Source: an uncultured Planctomycetaceae bacterium
Lineage (GTDB): Bacteria > Planctomycetota > Phycisphaerae > SM23-33
Direction of reading: 5' to 3'
DNA: 54,188 nucleotides
NCBI GenBank assembly: GCA_964642165.1
Contig: CAZXOC010000007.1
Location: 2,776 to 56,963, forward strand
The translations under genes and the position numbers were made by a program. Below, in pieces: positions 54,124 to 54,188 of the stretch. Each line of letters opens with the position of its first letter. Position 1 is the stretch's first letter. A model generated the notes under the pieces. The model was not told the origin of the DNA and made no database searches. It saw nothing but the letters and a program-made list of their open reading frames with translations.

Positions 54124-54175
54124 TTGGCTGCGTGGCCGCAACGTCCGATAATCAGTGCCGCATTCTCACAGGAGG
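54124..54175 (+). promoter_or_regulatory. Sigma70-like promoter and RBS for a gene beyond the right edge
   Basis: TTGGCT-17 nt-GATAAT (54124-54152) and AGGAGG at 54170-54175, within an AT-richer intergenic region. Confidence 0.5.
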
Positions 54176-54188
54176 GCGTTCAGGTCTT

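Noticed and set aside
53915-54151. Short ORFs 53915-54151 (+) and 53944-54141 (-)
   Set aside because: Atypical codon usage, no RBS or motifs; they overlap promoter-like elements.

Overview
Very GC-rich (roughly 70-73% by eye), gene-dense bacterial window with about 38 credible protein-coding genes. I found no rRNA, tRNA, CRISPR array, integrase or transposase. The gene content points to a heterotrophic planctomycete, probably Phycisphaerae-like (inference): several Tat-exported sulfatases and Gfo/Idh/MocA oxidoreductases, a DUF1559-type prepilin, an HzsA-like beta-propeller/cytochrome, a PQQ-propeller/methyltransferase-like giant, and HEAT-repeat fusions. Most of the window is glycan catabolism: xylA, GH10, GH81, a GH141-like beta-helix, an SGNH esterase, three sulfatases and PhoD. 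Two gene clusters (14775-23119 and 44353-52425) match the gene-family set of the oxidation/elimination (3-keto-glycoside) route of glycoside cleavage. argG is the only clear housekeeping gene. The most unusual items are: (i) a lower-GC two-gene islet (40439-42554) with its own promoter and terminator, encoding a small helical protein and a calcineurin-like phosphoesterase carried on an 11-residue WDW amphipathic repeat stalk; (ii) next to it, a decayed ~100-bp copy of the 3' end of the gene at 45885-46754, marking a 3.1-kb insertion or duplication scar; (iii) a 52-aa basic CxxC/CxxC mini-protein missed by the ORF track, behind a terminator with alternative pairings; (iv) a probably leaderless, toxin-first PIN toxin-antitoxin pair. 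All functional calls rest on motif recognition by eye; no searches were run.
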